The notes below the pieces were generated by a model that saw only the letters and a program-made list of their open reading frames with translations, had not been told where the DNA came from and searched no databases. Shown one piece after another: positions 36,982-50,200 of a stretch of 64,000 nt of DNA. Numbering within the stretch: the stretch's first letter is position 1; the number at the start of each line of letters is the position of its first letter. The position numbers and the translations under genes were made by a program. Source of the DNA: Takakia lepidozioides (Eukaryota; Plantae; Bryophyta); the NCBI GenBank assembly GCA_030704615.1, contig CM060733.1, positions 36,766,001 through 36,830,000 on the forward strand. Direction: 5' to 3'.

Positions 36982-39900
36982 ATGAGTGATGAAAGAGAAG
37001 CTAGACGCCAGAGATATTCAGCAAAAAGAGAAAGCTATCTGAAAACTAATTATCCATATCTTTGGGAGAGAGGAATAGACATAGGGGAATCATTTGGACC
37101 TCTTACACCATTAAGATCAGAGAGTACATCACCCATACCGGAAGAACTAGAGTTGGATGCCACTCCTTCTTTTTCTTTGCAAGAAAGATTAAGGGAATTG
37201 GTACGGGAAGAAGATCAATCACGAGGTGAAAGATATGAGGTACATCCCTGGATAAAAGATTTGACAGAAATCTTTGATAAGAGTTGGCATGGAACACCAA
37301 AAGCAGGAACTCTAGTTTCTGAAGCGGAGGGTGAAGAAGGAGGAGAGGATGTGGCAGAGCCAACGGAGAGTTCAGACTCTCCAACACCATTGCAGTTGAG
37401 TTACATGAGTGAAGAAGAAACCCAAGGACAGAACTTGGAGGATGAAAATAGAGAGAAGAAATTGGAAGAGGAAGAGTATGAAGAAGTAGACCCAAAAGCT
37501 GAGGTTGAGACTACAACCAGGACATCCCAACCCGTTGGACCCGGATCAAGTGGAGCACTTGGATCACAGGCCAACGAAGGTGTCGGCTCAGGAGGATCAG
37601 GCGGGCTGCCTGGATCTGGCTCTGGGGGGACAGGGAGTGTGGGAAGTAGTGCAACTGGAGCTGGGAATACTGTGAATAACATGGGGCCAGTAGCAAGGAG
37701 TGCTCAGGGGCCACCACTTGGTGGAAGATCCACCACAACTACAACAGGTCCTCAAGGACCAGGCCATACCACCACTGAATGCCACATGAAGGAGAAACAC
37801 TGTACTATCTGTAAAATGGATAACCATTCTACTGAGAATTGTTACTACAACAGAAGGACAACAGCTAAAGAACCTAGGCAAGTAAGGGTGCATCAAGTGC
37901 AGCCCCAGCCAAGAAGAAACATTGATCAGGACCACTATGGTAGGCCTGGTGGTTATAACAATGGCATGGAAGGGAGAGGTAATTCAAGAGGGAATTACCA
38001 AGGAAATTCCAGAGGCAACTATCAGGGTAATCCAAGGGGGAATTACCAGCCCGGGAATCAGGATTACAGAAATAATCCAAGAGCAGACCAAGGGCGAGGA
38101 CCCAATGGTGAAGAACTATGTTACTATTGTAATCAGCTAGGACATCGCAAGGCAGCCTGTTCATTCTGGATTAGACACCAGAATGAGATGAGAGCTCCTG
38201 TGAATGAGGGCCCAGTGGTGGCAGCTCACATGGTTAGGCCATGTGTTGTACCAGAAGTAAGTACAATGATAGTAACAAGAAGCAAAGCCAAACTAATACC
38301 TCCAGTAGTTGAGGAAGATGATGATAATGAAGGTGGCAGTGATATGCTTGAAGATGATGAGGCTTGGAGAGATGAGAAGGAACTGCACAAGGAAGTGGCA
38401 GATACCATAAGGGAAATGCAGAAGAGTACTGATATTCCTGTGGCAGATTCCTCTGATTCTGATGGAGAAGAAGAAGTGAGTGAGGATGAAAGGAAGAAAG
38501 AAGATGCAGACATGCAAAGTAATGAAGGGAATATGCCAGACCAAAGCAGAGATTACCATTGGACAGCTATTGGCTGTGACACCTTATTGTAGACACAGGC
38601 TGTATCAAGCAATCAATCGAATTGCCCAGGAGACAGGAAACACAGACCTGAACAGCAAGGTGACCAGTTATAATGTGAAGCCGGAAGGGCGAGAAACAGT
38701 CATGGACTTTGATGATTCTATGCCAGTAATCCAATTGAGAAGCATAGAACTAACTGATGTACTGATAGATGGAGGCTTTGGAGTAAATATCATGACAGAC
38801 CAATTAAGAAAGAAGCTTGAATGTTACAAGAAATATAGATTCACCTGTGTACTATGCTAGCAGGTTGATGAACAGTGCTGAAAGGAACTATAGCACAACT
38901 GAAAGAGAAGCATTGGCAATGATTTATGCAATCAAGAAATTCAGACATTACCTATTGGGAAGAAAGTTTATGTTTTATGTGGATCACCAGGCTCTGATAT
39001 ATCTGGTGAACAAACCTTTGATAAGTGGAAGGATAGCAAGGTGGTTAATAATCTTGCATGAGTTTGAGTTCAAAGTTGTTTACAAGCCTGGCCGTTTGCA
39101 TCTTGTGGCAGATCATTTGTCACGACTAACAACAGGAGAGGCCGCCACAGGAGTAGACGATCAGTTACCTGATGCCATTTGTAATGGAGGTGCAAGGAAG
39201 TGCAGATGAATGGTTAGATTGGCAGTGGCCGATCAGATACTACCTTACTCATGGTCAATGCCCACCTAGTTATGGTAAGGAGCAGAGGAAGAGAATCGCT
39301 ATCAAGGCTTTACCTTATACTATGGTAGGAAGCAGAATGTATAAGCTAGGACCTGATGGAGTACTTAAACGATGCTTGTACCACCATGAAGTAAATAAAG
39401 TTTTGGAGGAAGTTCATAAAGGAGTGGCTGGAGGTCATTTTGGAGAAGAGACTACCAGTAGGGAAGATACTACTCGCAGGTTACTGGTGGCCTACTTTGT
39501 TCAAAGATGTACACAAGTATTGTCAGAGTTGTGATGCATGTTAGAGGCTAGGACCTTTGCAGAGATCTAGAAAGATGGCCTTGCATCCTACAATGCCTAC
39601 GGAACCATTTCAGAAATGGGGACTAGACTTTGTTGGACCAATTAACCCACCAGCCAAGAATACACAGAACAGGTACATAATTACAGCCACTGATTATACT
39701 ACGAAGTGGGTGGAAGCTAAAGCTTTGAGGGACAACACAACCAAGTCCACAGCAAGGTTCCTGTATGAGAACATACTTACACGATTTGGCTGTCCCTTGG
39801 AATTTATCAGTGAACAGGGAAGTCACTTTCATTAATGAGACCATTGAATTATTGACTAAAGAGTTCATGATTGTGCATAGGAAAAGTACAACATATTACC

Positions 39901-40500
39901 CACAGGGTAATGGACAGGCATAGGCTACCAACAAAATACTATGTACTACCTTGGCTAAGATAGTCAATGCAAACAGAACGGATTGAGATACAAAGCTGCT
40001 GACAGCTTTGTGGTCATACAGGACTTCATATAAAGTCACCACTAAGTATACACACATTCCAATTAGTTTATGGTATGGAAGCTTTACTTCCAGTGGAATT
40101 CCTGTTACCTACCATGAGAATGGAATGGGAAAGAGAATGGAATTGCAAGATTCAATTAAGGTCAGGAAACATGAATTATACCATGTGGAAGAAGTACGTG
40201 CTGATGCAGCTGATAACATGACCAGAATTCAGATGAAGAGAAAGGAACAGTTTAATGAAGGCAAGATAAAGACTTTTAAGACGGGAGATTTGGTTCTCTG
40301 GTTGCAAAAGAAGGGAAAGATTAAAGCTTATAAGCTTAAATCACCATGGAAAGGACCTTATGTCATACAGAAGATATATAACAACACCGTCATGTTACAA
40401 ACCATTAACAAAGAGATGCTGGAAGAGTCAATGCCAATAAGTTAAAGGGGTACAGTGGTATCCATGACAAACCATTGCAGTATGATTTGCATGTTGAAAC
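36982..40500 (+). pseudogene. C first gag-pol copy, lacking the capsid core and RT
   Basis: CCHC knuckles (CTICKMDNHSTENC, CYYCNQLGHRKAAC). Jumps at ~37755 and ~38817 relative to copy D. Confidence 0.85.
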
Positions 40501-41789
40501 GCAAAAGCAGTCACGGGCTGCGCCAGTGATACCAACGGAGTATGGAGCACTTGTCGCTAAGCCAAGCATATATGACCAGGGCGGGCAGAACAAGAGCGAC
40601 ACAGCCTATCACAGCCCAGCACGGCGCGACACAGCGCCCATCACACACAGCCTATCACAGCCAAGCCAGCACAGCGCGACACAGCATATCACAGCCCAGC
40701 ATGGCGCAACACAGCCTATCGCCAGCACGCGTAATACAGCCTATCACAACCTACCACCACAGCGTGTCACAGCCTATCACAGCTTACCACAGTGCCACAC
40801 ACACAGTCAGTATGACACAAACCTGTCACAGCTCAACACAGCCTACTAGGGTTACACAATCCATAGAATCAGTGATAGGTGGACGCAGGATATCTTCATG
40901 GAAATGACCGGCGGAAGAAAGGACGGAAGCCAGTTTAGAAAGGGACACGTGGAAGTCAGGGCGCGACACACAGCTGAGAAAGAAGTGCAAGAACAGGTGT
41001 CATCAAGAAAGAGGACAAGAATGGCGTCAAAATATCTACTTAGCACGTCAATTCGGATGAATGGCGGACCCATTAATGAATACGGAAAAAGGGCAACAGA
41101 ACAAACGGCAAGTACAGAAAAGCAAAATTCGTGTCACATGTGTTATCCTAGTGGACAGTCCAGCAGGGAAAGTCACTAAAGAAAATTAAATCTAAAAATC
41201 CAGTCACGGCGGTTACAGCCATCGAAAGCCAGAAAATGGATCAAGAAATTGGAGGGAATTTAAGCGCAAGAGTCGGCGTCGTTCTAAGTAACGGGCGTCT
41301 CGATGGGACAAACCATCAATGCTATAGCTTTGAAGCTATGGAGGAACTAACAAACTATACGCTCGCAATATTACTTACGCATGGTAAGGGGACGGAAGAA
41401 CAGAGCGGATCTTTTCTCTTAATCGATGCTTGCAAGCCCCGCAGACTTACAAGAAATTACCCATAGCTTTTTGTGGCAACCATACGTTTATGCTTTGTGC
41501 CCTACAGGCATTTCTTCAATTCTTACAGCCAAAACCTTTCTGTGGGTCTAGAATGAAGAGAGTGAGAGGAATGGAAGAAATCAGGATGAAGAGCACCACA
41601 ATCCTGCAGAAACAAACGATTGCTACTCCACAGGCGGTACAGTTACTGAAGAAGCTGCGATTGGAAGGATTGCAAAGCAAAGATTGGACATTACACCATA
41701 GACAGTACATGTTATAATTCTTGCAAAACTTTGAGCCTAGGACAGGAGCAACAACGGTGAAGGGAGTTGAATTAGAAATTACTCCCCTA

Positions 41790-44700
41790 CCCTGTTCGCT
41801 GCACACCCAGAGTGGGAGCAGGTTGCAGAGATGCGGCTAGAGGGCCTAAGTTGTTTAAGAGGTATCTGCTGTGGTGTAGTGTCAGCAACACCAATTGAAG
41901 AGGAAACCAGCAGTTACCCATCACATTTCTATGAATAAAGAGAAAGAGAAATGGAAATCCTAGAGGAACCAGCCACTGTGAGTTTACAGGATGAAATGGT
42001 GACTGGTTGGACAATCACAGCTGATGAGCAGGTGAGGGAAGTGAATGTGGGAACTGAAGAGGAACCGAGGATGGTGAAGGTAGGAGCTGATTTGGAGCCA
42101 GAATTCTTTGAAGAAGCTAAGAGTTTGTTCATCAAATACAGAGATGTATTTGCTTGGAGCTACGAGGATCTAAAAGGGATACCACCTGAGATCTGTCAGC
42201 ATAAGATTGAATTGGAACTAGGATCGGGACCAATCAAGAAAGCAAGGTACAGAATGAATCCCAACTATGCACAGAAGGTTGGAGAAGAGATCAAGAAGTT
42301 GGCTGAGGCTAAGTTTATATACCCAATAGAGTATACAACTTGGTTGTCACCCATTGTGATATAGTGTGTGAACTATAAGAAGTTGAATGCTTGCACGAAG
42401 AAGGATCCATTCCCCTTGCCATTCACAGAAGCAGTATTGGACACTGTGGCAGGCCATGAGATGTACTCATTCATGGATGGCTTCAGTGGTTATAATCAAG
42501 TGCAAGTGGCAGAAGAAGACCAAGGAAAGACAGCTTTCATCACAGACTGGGGGTGCTTATGCATACAAAGTCATGCCCTTTGGACTTTGTAATGCACAGC
42601 AACCTTTCAGAGAGTGATAAGTGAATCTTTTCATGAGTATCTGGATGATTTCAGTGTGTACAGCTCTAAGAATGAGCACTTGCATAAATTGGAGTTATGT
42701 TTGGCCAGATGCAGAATGAGAGGTCTGAGCCTGAATCCAGAGAAATGTATTTTCTGTGTGAACTCAGGGGTGCTTCTGGGACACATTGTGTGTAAGAAGG
42801 GACGTCTTGTGGATCCTAGGAAGACAGAGGCCATTAAAGCCTCTCCACCACCAGTAAATGTTAAGAGTCTAAGAAGATTCCTGGGGCAAACCAGTTATTA
42901 CAGAAGATTTGTCAGACAATATGCACAGGTAGCAGCACCATTGAGCAAGTTTTTGAAGAAAAACGCAGTGTTTGCATGGACAGCTGAATGTTAATAGGCT
43001 TTTGAGGAACTGACACTGTCAATAACAACTACACCGGTATTGATTAATCCTCACTGGCAGGAAATGTTTCATGTTCACTGTGATGCTTCAGGAGAAGCAT
43101 TGGGAGCAGTGTTAGCCCAAAATGTTACAGGAAAGATAGATTCACCTGTGTATTATGCTAGCTGATTAATGAACAGTGCTGAAAGGAATTATAGCACAAC
43201 GGAAAGAGAGGCATTGGCGATGATCTATGCAGTGAAGAAAATCAGGCATTACCTGTTGGGCAAGAAGTTTATGTTCTATGTGGATCATCAGGCTCTGATA
43301 TACCTGGTAAACAAACCTGGAAGAATAGTAAGATGGTTGATAATCTTGCACGAGTTTGAGTTCGAGGTTGCTTACAAGCCTGGGAGGCTGCATCTTGTGG
43401 CAGACCACTTGTCACGCTTATCAACAGAAGAGCCAGCCATAGGAGTAGACGACCAATTACCAGATGCGAGTCTATTTGCAGTGGAGGTGCAGGGAAGTGC
43501 AGATGACTGGTTAGATTGGCAATGGCCAATCAGATACTACCTTGCTCATGGTCAGTGCCCACCAAGTTATGGAAAGGAACAGAGGAAGAGAATTGCTATC
43601 AAAGCTCTACCTTATACTATGATAGGAGGCAGAATGTATAAGCTAGGACCTGATAGAGTACTTAAACGATGCTTGTACCACCATGAAGTAAATAAAGTTT
43701 TAGAGGAAGTTCATAAAGGAGTGGCTGGAGGACATTTTGGAGAAGAGACTACCAGTAGGAAGATACTACTTGAAGGTTATTGGTGGCCTACTTTGTTCAA
43801 AGATGTACACAAGTATTGTCAGAGTTGTGATAAATGTCAGAGGCTAGGACCTTTGCAGAGATCTGGGAAGATGGCTTTGCATCCTACAATGCCTACGGAA
43901 CCATTTCAGAAATGGGGACTAGACTTTGTTGGACCAATTAACCCACCAGCCAAGAATACACAGAACAGGTACATAATTACAGCCACTGATTATACTACAA
44001 AGAGGGTGGAAGCTAAAGCTTTGAGGGATAACACAGCCAAGTCCATAGCAAGGTTCCTGTATGAGAACATTTTACACGATTTGGCTGTCCCTTGGAATTT
44101 ATCAGTGATCAGGGAAGTCACTTCATTAATGAGACCATTGAATTATTGACTAAAAAGTTCATGATTGTGCATAGGAAGAGTATAACATATTACCCACAGG
44201 GTAATGGGCAGGCATAGGCTACCAACAAAATACTATGTACTACCTTGGCTAAGATAGTCAATGCAAACAGAACGGATTGAGATACAAAGCTGCTGACAGC
44301 TTTGTGGTCATACAGGACTTCATATAAAGTCACCACTAAGTATACACCATTCCAATTAGTTTATGGTATGGAAGCTTTACTTCCAGTGGAATTCCTGTTA
44401 CCTACCATGAGAACGGAATGGGGAAAGAGAATGGAATTGCAAGATTCAATTAAGGTCAGGAAACATGAATTATACCATGTGGAAGAAGTACGTGCTGATG
44501 CAGCTGATAACATGACCAGAATTCAGATGAAGAGAAAGGAACAGTTTGATGAAGGCAAGTTAAAGACTTTTAAGACGGGAGATTTGGTTCTCTGGTTGCA
44601 GAAGAAGGGAAAGATTAAAGCTTATAAGCTTAAATCACCATGGAAAGGACCTTATGTCATACAGAAGATGTATGATAACAACACCGTCATGTTACAAACC

Positions 44701-45510
44701 ATTAACAAAGAGATGCTGGAAAGAGTCAATGCCAATAAGTTAAAGGGGTACAGTGGTATCCATGACAAACCATTGCAGTATGATTTGCATGTTGAAACGC
44801 AGAAGCAGTCACGGGCTGCGCCAGTGATACCAACGGGGTATGGAACACTTGTCGCTAGACCGAGCGTATATGACAAGGGCGGGCAGTACAAGCGCGACAC
44901 TGCCTATCACAGCCCATCACAGTGTGGCATAGCCTATCACAGCCCATCGCGGTGCGACACAGCCTATCAGAGCCCATCACGACGCGACACAGCATATCAC
45001 AGCCCATCACAGCGTGACACAGCCTATCACAACCTACCACAGCATGTCACAGCCTATCACAGCTTACCACAGTGCCACACAGCCTATCACAGCGTACCAC
45101 AACATGACACAGCCTGTCACAGCTCAACACAGCCTACCAGGGTTGCACAATCCATAAGATCAGTGACAGGTGGACGAAGGATAACGTCCGGGAAATGGCC
45201 AGCGGAAGAAATGACGGAAGCCAGTTTAGAAATGGACACGTGGAAGCCAGGGCGAGACACACAACCAGGCATGAATTGCAAAAACGAGTGTCATCAAGAA
45301 AGAAGACAAAATTGGCCGTCAAAGTACCTACCCGACACATTAACTTATTATGGGGCCATTAATGCATACAGGGAAAGGGTAACGGAACCTTTTTCAAGTA
45401 CAGAAAAGTGCAATCCTTGTCACACGTATTATCCTAGTGGACATTTCCAGGGGGAAAGTCCACTGAAAGAAATTAAATCCAAAAGCCAGTCACAGGAATT
45501 TTACCATTAA
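41790..45510 (+). pseudogene. C second pol copy (RT-RH-INT)
   Basis: [42 protein letters not shown] motif; in-frame stops. Confidence 0.9.
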
Positions 45511-47241
45511 ACCATACCCGCAACTGCTTATCAAACCTATCCCTCGATATATTAATACAATTCTTTCTACATAGTCAATTATATCTTTTTAGAATTATTT
45601 ATAGGAGTGAAAACGTGGGGAGTTAAAAAGAAACCCTCCCTCGAGTACGTTTATTCCGTACCTCAGGACTTGTATAAAATACCTTTTGGAACTTATAATG
45701 TAATGTCCGCCGAGGGAGGGGAAACGGCAACTTGATTTTCTCCAGAAATTCGAGATATAAAAGAGTTAAGGATACCAACCGGAAGAACTAATCCAATCCA
45801 TAACGAAGCACCCGAAAATACGACATTTTTGCTACTTGACCAGCCATTGGGGGAGGCAGGCGCAACAGGCACACCAATCACTAGGAGAAATGAAATGGCA
45901 ATTGATGCAAACACAGCCAACTGGAAGGCAATAGTCGTAGTTGTGATTCTCCAAGCTTCGAAGAGCAGCAACAGCCAATCATAATCCAGAATTACCTGCA
46001 GGGAGTATTTTCCAGAAAGCAAGATCAAGAATTTGAAGGGATTTTGAGCGCAAGAGTCGGCGTCGTTCCAAGTAACGGGCGTCTCGCCAAGGAAGACAAT
46101 AAATGCCATAGCTTGGAAGCTATGGAGGAAATCACAGATTATACACTCGCCTTGCTACTTACGCAGTGGGCGGGGGTGATATTCCGTGAGCCTGTGAGCC
46201 CAGGAAACCGTGAGCCCAGCACAAGCTCACGCCACGTCAGCATACATACAGGGCCTATTTCCGCGGGTGTCACCTATTTCCGCGGGTTGATCAGCCATTT
46301 CCCGGGAATGCAGAGTGGATATGTTACATCCATTGTATCCATTGCATCCATGCAGACGTTATCAACATACCAAGCCCTCACAAGTTTATGTGGGTACGTC
46401 GTGAGGAGGTGCACACTGACATGATCTAAAGCGGATCCCTGCGAAATCTTTTCTTACTCACCACCCTTGCGAACATGCCAGGTATGTGCAGGAGCATCAT
46501 GGATGCTCATTAGATTTGAGAATGCATGAACGCTCTTTGATGAGGTGGACTTCACCGTGATGGATTCACCAACCATTCTTCTAGCAGGAATGGTTTGGAG
46601 ACCAACGAGCAAATGATGCGAGAATGCTGTACACGAACCAAAGTCGTTTGTTTGTTTTTGCAATGCACTCAAGTCTGTGAGGTCCAGAAAACACTAAATA
46701 GATTGAAGGAACAATCCGGGCAGTCCATGCAAAACCCCCATCTCCAACAATAGTTTGTTCCCATTAAATGTGCATTCCACGCACACATTGCAAACAGGGA
46801 CAACAAGGATACACAACCATCCCATTTCAAATTTGCCCCGATAAAACCAAAAGAAACTTCATATCAAGTGTTCACAGTCATCAGAATCAGTCTCGACCTC
46901 CTGTGCTATGTCATCCACAAAGATTCTGGCCCCCAACACCACGTCTTCTACCACGGCGTCGATGGGTGGACTCCGAGTGCCATGAACGGTCATGCTTGCT
47001 GCGAGTGCCCGCATAGACAGGTAGCACGCGCCGAGGAGGACCGGAAAGAAGTCCAAATAGGTGTGATAGCCCTGGAGGGCAAGTGGAAGCACGCGGACTC
47101 CTACACAAGTCGAAAAAAACCATTTTGAACACAATATGCAATACACAAGTCCAATGAAGAGGATGTCTGCCATGTGAACTTTGCCTCAAGAACAGTGATT
47201 CTCGATATTGAAACAACAATGCAAGCATTCACAAGTTGAAC

Positions 47242-50200
47242 TTACTCACAGGCAAAGTCGGAGTCCAGCTCCTTGTCGGAAGTCTCCTCTGTATCAATAT
47301 CAGCGGGACGGGGCTTCGAAGGACTTGAGAAGTGTGTCCACCCAAACCCATCAGGAGGTTCTTGTAAAATCTCAGCATCCCCTTCAATCCCAAAGAGATC
47401 TTCACTTTCCAAATCAATTATTTCGAGTTGAGCTGCATGGATAACTTGTGACCTTGTGACAAGTCGTTCAAGTGGCTGTGTTGGCTGTGATGCAGAAGTA
47501 ACTTCCTCCTCCCTCTCTGAAGGTCCTGCTTCCAGTAATAACATTCTTTTGTGCTGCTGTGCCCCTTCCTGGTCATGAGCTTGGGAAACATTATCATGCG
47601 GAATCCGTGAAGCCAGTGGATCCGCCACTACAGTCTTTCCCCTTCTCTGCTTCTTAGTCTCGGGTTGTGCTGCTAGTCCACCCTCACTGTGTGAAGAGCC
47701 TTGCCTTCCATTGCAGTTGTTTCTGGCTCAAACACTCCCATTTCCTTTCCTTTCTTGTGCATTAAGTATGCCAGAATTAAGATTATTTGAGCAATGATTG
47801 GGCCAGACACTATGATAGGGACTTTGCGGTAGTACCTTGTAGTCTTTTCATCTCCTCTACTAGTGCGTTGTACATTATGTCCGCCCATTGTACCTCTTGT
47901 CCCTTCAGGCCTTGGAGTATTTCCTCCGTGAAGGATCTGCTCAAATATTGTTGGGTTCTGTTTCAGGGCAAACAGAACGTTCAATACCTGGCCTATCTCT
48001 TTTAACCCTGGTACACAGTCTTTGGTACAAGCATAACCCTGAGTTTTAAAGAAACTCCCTTCTTGGAATAAGTCCCCTATTTGCAGTCTTGCCCTGTGTT
48101 CCCCACATGCACCTGACCCTGGCAATCGAAAACAATTGCTGGAGGTATAGGGGAGTAAGCATTAATTCAACTCCCTTCACCGTGTTGTTCCTGCCTTGGC
48201 TCAAAGTTCTGCAAAAATTGTAACATGTACTGTCTATGGTGTAGTGTCCAATCTAGGCTTTGCAATCCTTCCAATCTCAGCTCCTCCAGTATCTTTATCG
48301 CCTGTGGGGTAGCCATCGTTTGTTTCTGCAGAATTGTGGTGCTCTTCACCCTGATTTCCTCCATTCCTCTCACTCTCTTCATCTTAGACTCACAGAACTG
48401 CTTTGGCTGTAACAACTGCAGGAATGCCTGTAGTGCACAAAGCAAACGTATGGTTGCCGCAGAAAGCTATGGGTAATCTCTTGTAAGCCTGCGGGGCTTG
48501 CAAGCATTGCTCAAGAGAAAAGCTCTGCTCTGTCGTTTCGTGTATGCCATTGCGTAAGTAATATTGCGAGCGTATAGTCTGTTAGTTCCTCCATAGTTTC
48601 CAAGTTATAGCATTTATGGCCTGTCCTGTCGAGACGCCCGTTACTCAGAACGACGCCGCCTCTTGCGCTCAATTTCCCTCCATTTTCTTGATCATTTCTC
48701 TGGTTTTCTATTGGCTGTATCCGCTGTGACTGGATTTTAACTTTTATCTTCTTTAGTGGACTTTCCCTGTTGGATAGTCCACTAGGATCACACATGCGAC
48801 ATGAATTCGGCTTTTCTGTACTTGCCGTTCGTTCCGTTTCCCTTTTTCCGTATTCATTAATGGGCCCGCCTTTCATCCCATTTGACGGCCGTTCTTGTCC
48901 TCTTTCTTTTTGACACCTGTCCTTGCACTTCATTCTCTGCTGTGTGTCGCACCCTGACCTCCACGTGTCTATTTTTAAATTAATTTCCGTTTCTTCTTCC
49001 TTCAGCCATTTTCCTGAAGTTTTATGTGTCCATGTCACTGATTCTATGGATCGTGTAACTTTAGTAGGCTGTGTTGAGCTGTGACAGGCTGTGTCATACT
49101 GTGTTTCGCTGTGATAGGCTGTGATGCAGGCTGTGTGCTGTGGTAGTTGTGATAGGTGTGTACGCTAGGCTGTTCTCGTGATGGGCGGGTGATACTGTGA
49201 TGGGCTGTGATAGGCTGTGTTGCGCCTTGGGGCCTGTGATATGTGTCACGTTTGTTTTGCCCCCCCTGGTCATATGCTGGGCCTAGCAACAAGTGTTCCA
49301 TACTCCGTTCGTAACACTGGTGCAGCCCGTGACTGTTCTTGCGGTTCAACATGCAAATCATGCTGCAGGGGTTTGTCATGGATACCACTGTACCCCTTCA
49401 ACTTATTTGCATTGACTCTTCCAGCATTTCTTTGTTAATGGTTTGTAACATGGCGGTGTTGTTATCATACATCTTTTGTATGACATAAGGTCCTTTCCAT
49501 GGTGATTTAAGCTTAGAAGCTTGAATCTTTCCTTTCTTCTGCAACCATAGAACCAAATCCCCCGTCTTAAAAGTCTTTAACTTGCCTTCATCAAACTGTT
49601 CCTTTCGCTTCATCTGAATTCTGGTCATATTATCAGCTGCATCAGCACGTACTTCTTCCACATGGTATAATTCATGTTTCCTGACCTTGATGGAGTCTTG
49701 CAATTCCATTCTTTTTCCCCACTCCGTTCTCATGGTAGGTAACAGGAATTCCACTGGAAGTAAGGCTTCCATACCATAAACTAATTGGAATGGTGTATAT
49801 TTGTGGTGACTTTATATGAAGTCCTGTATGACCATAAAGCTGTCAGCAGCTTTGTATCCCAATCCGTTCTGTTGCATTGACTATCTTAGCCAAGATAGTA
49901 CATAGTATTTTGTTGTAGCCTCTGCCTGTCCATTACCCTGTGGGTAATATGTTGTACTCTTTCTATGCACAATCATAAACTCTTTAGTCAATAACTCAAT
50001 GGTCTCATTCATGAAGTGACTTCCTTGATCACTGATAAATTCTAAGGGACATCCAAATCGTGTAGTTGTTGTCTCGTACAGGAACCTTGCTGTGGACTTG
50101 GCTGTGTTGTCCCTCAAAGCTTTAGCTTCCACCCACTTTAGTATAATCAGTGGCTGTAATTATGTACCTGTTTGTGTATTCTTGGATGGTGGATTAATTG

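Larger units (their letters stand above)
35287..46170 (+). mobile_element. Ty3/gypsy element C (non-chromovirus-like), internally deleted and partly duplicated
   Basis: Putative LTR ending CA at 36372, followed by a TGGCGACCATACTGGG PBS-like site. gag 36982-38700, LIDGG protease, RH-INT 38817-40500, then a second RT-RH-INT 41800-44900. 5' boundary uncertain; no matching 3' LTR found. Confidence 0.75.
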
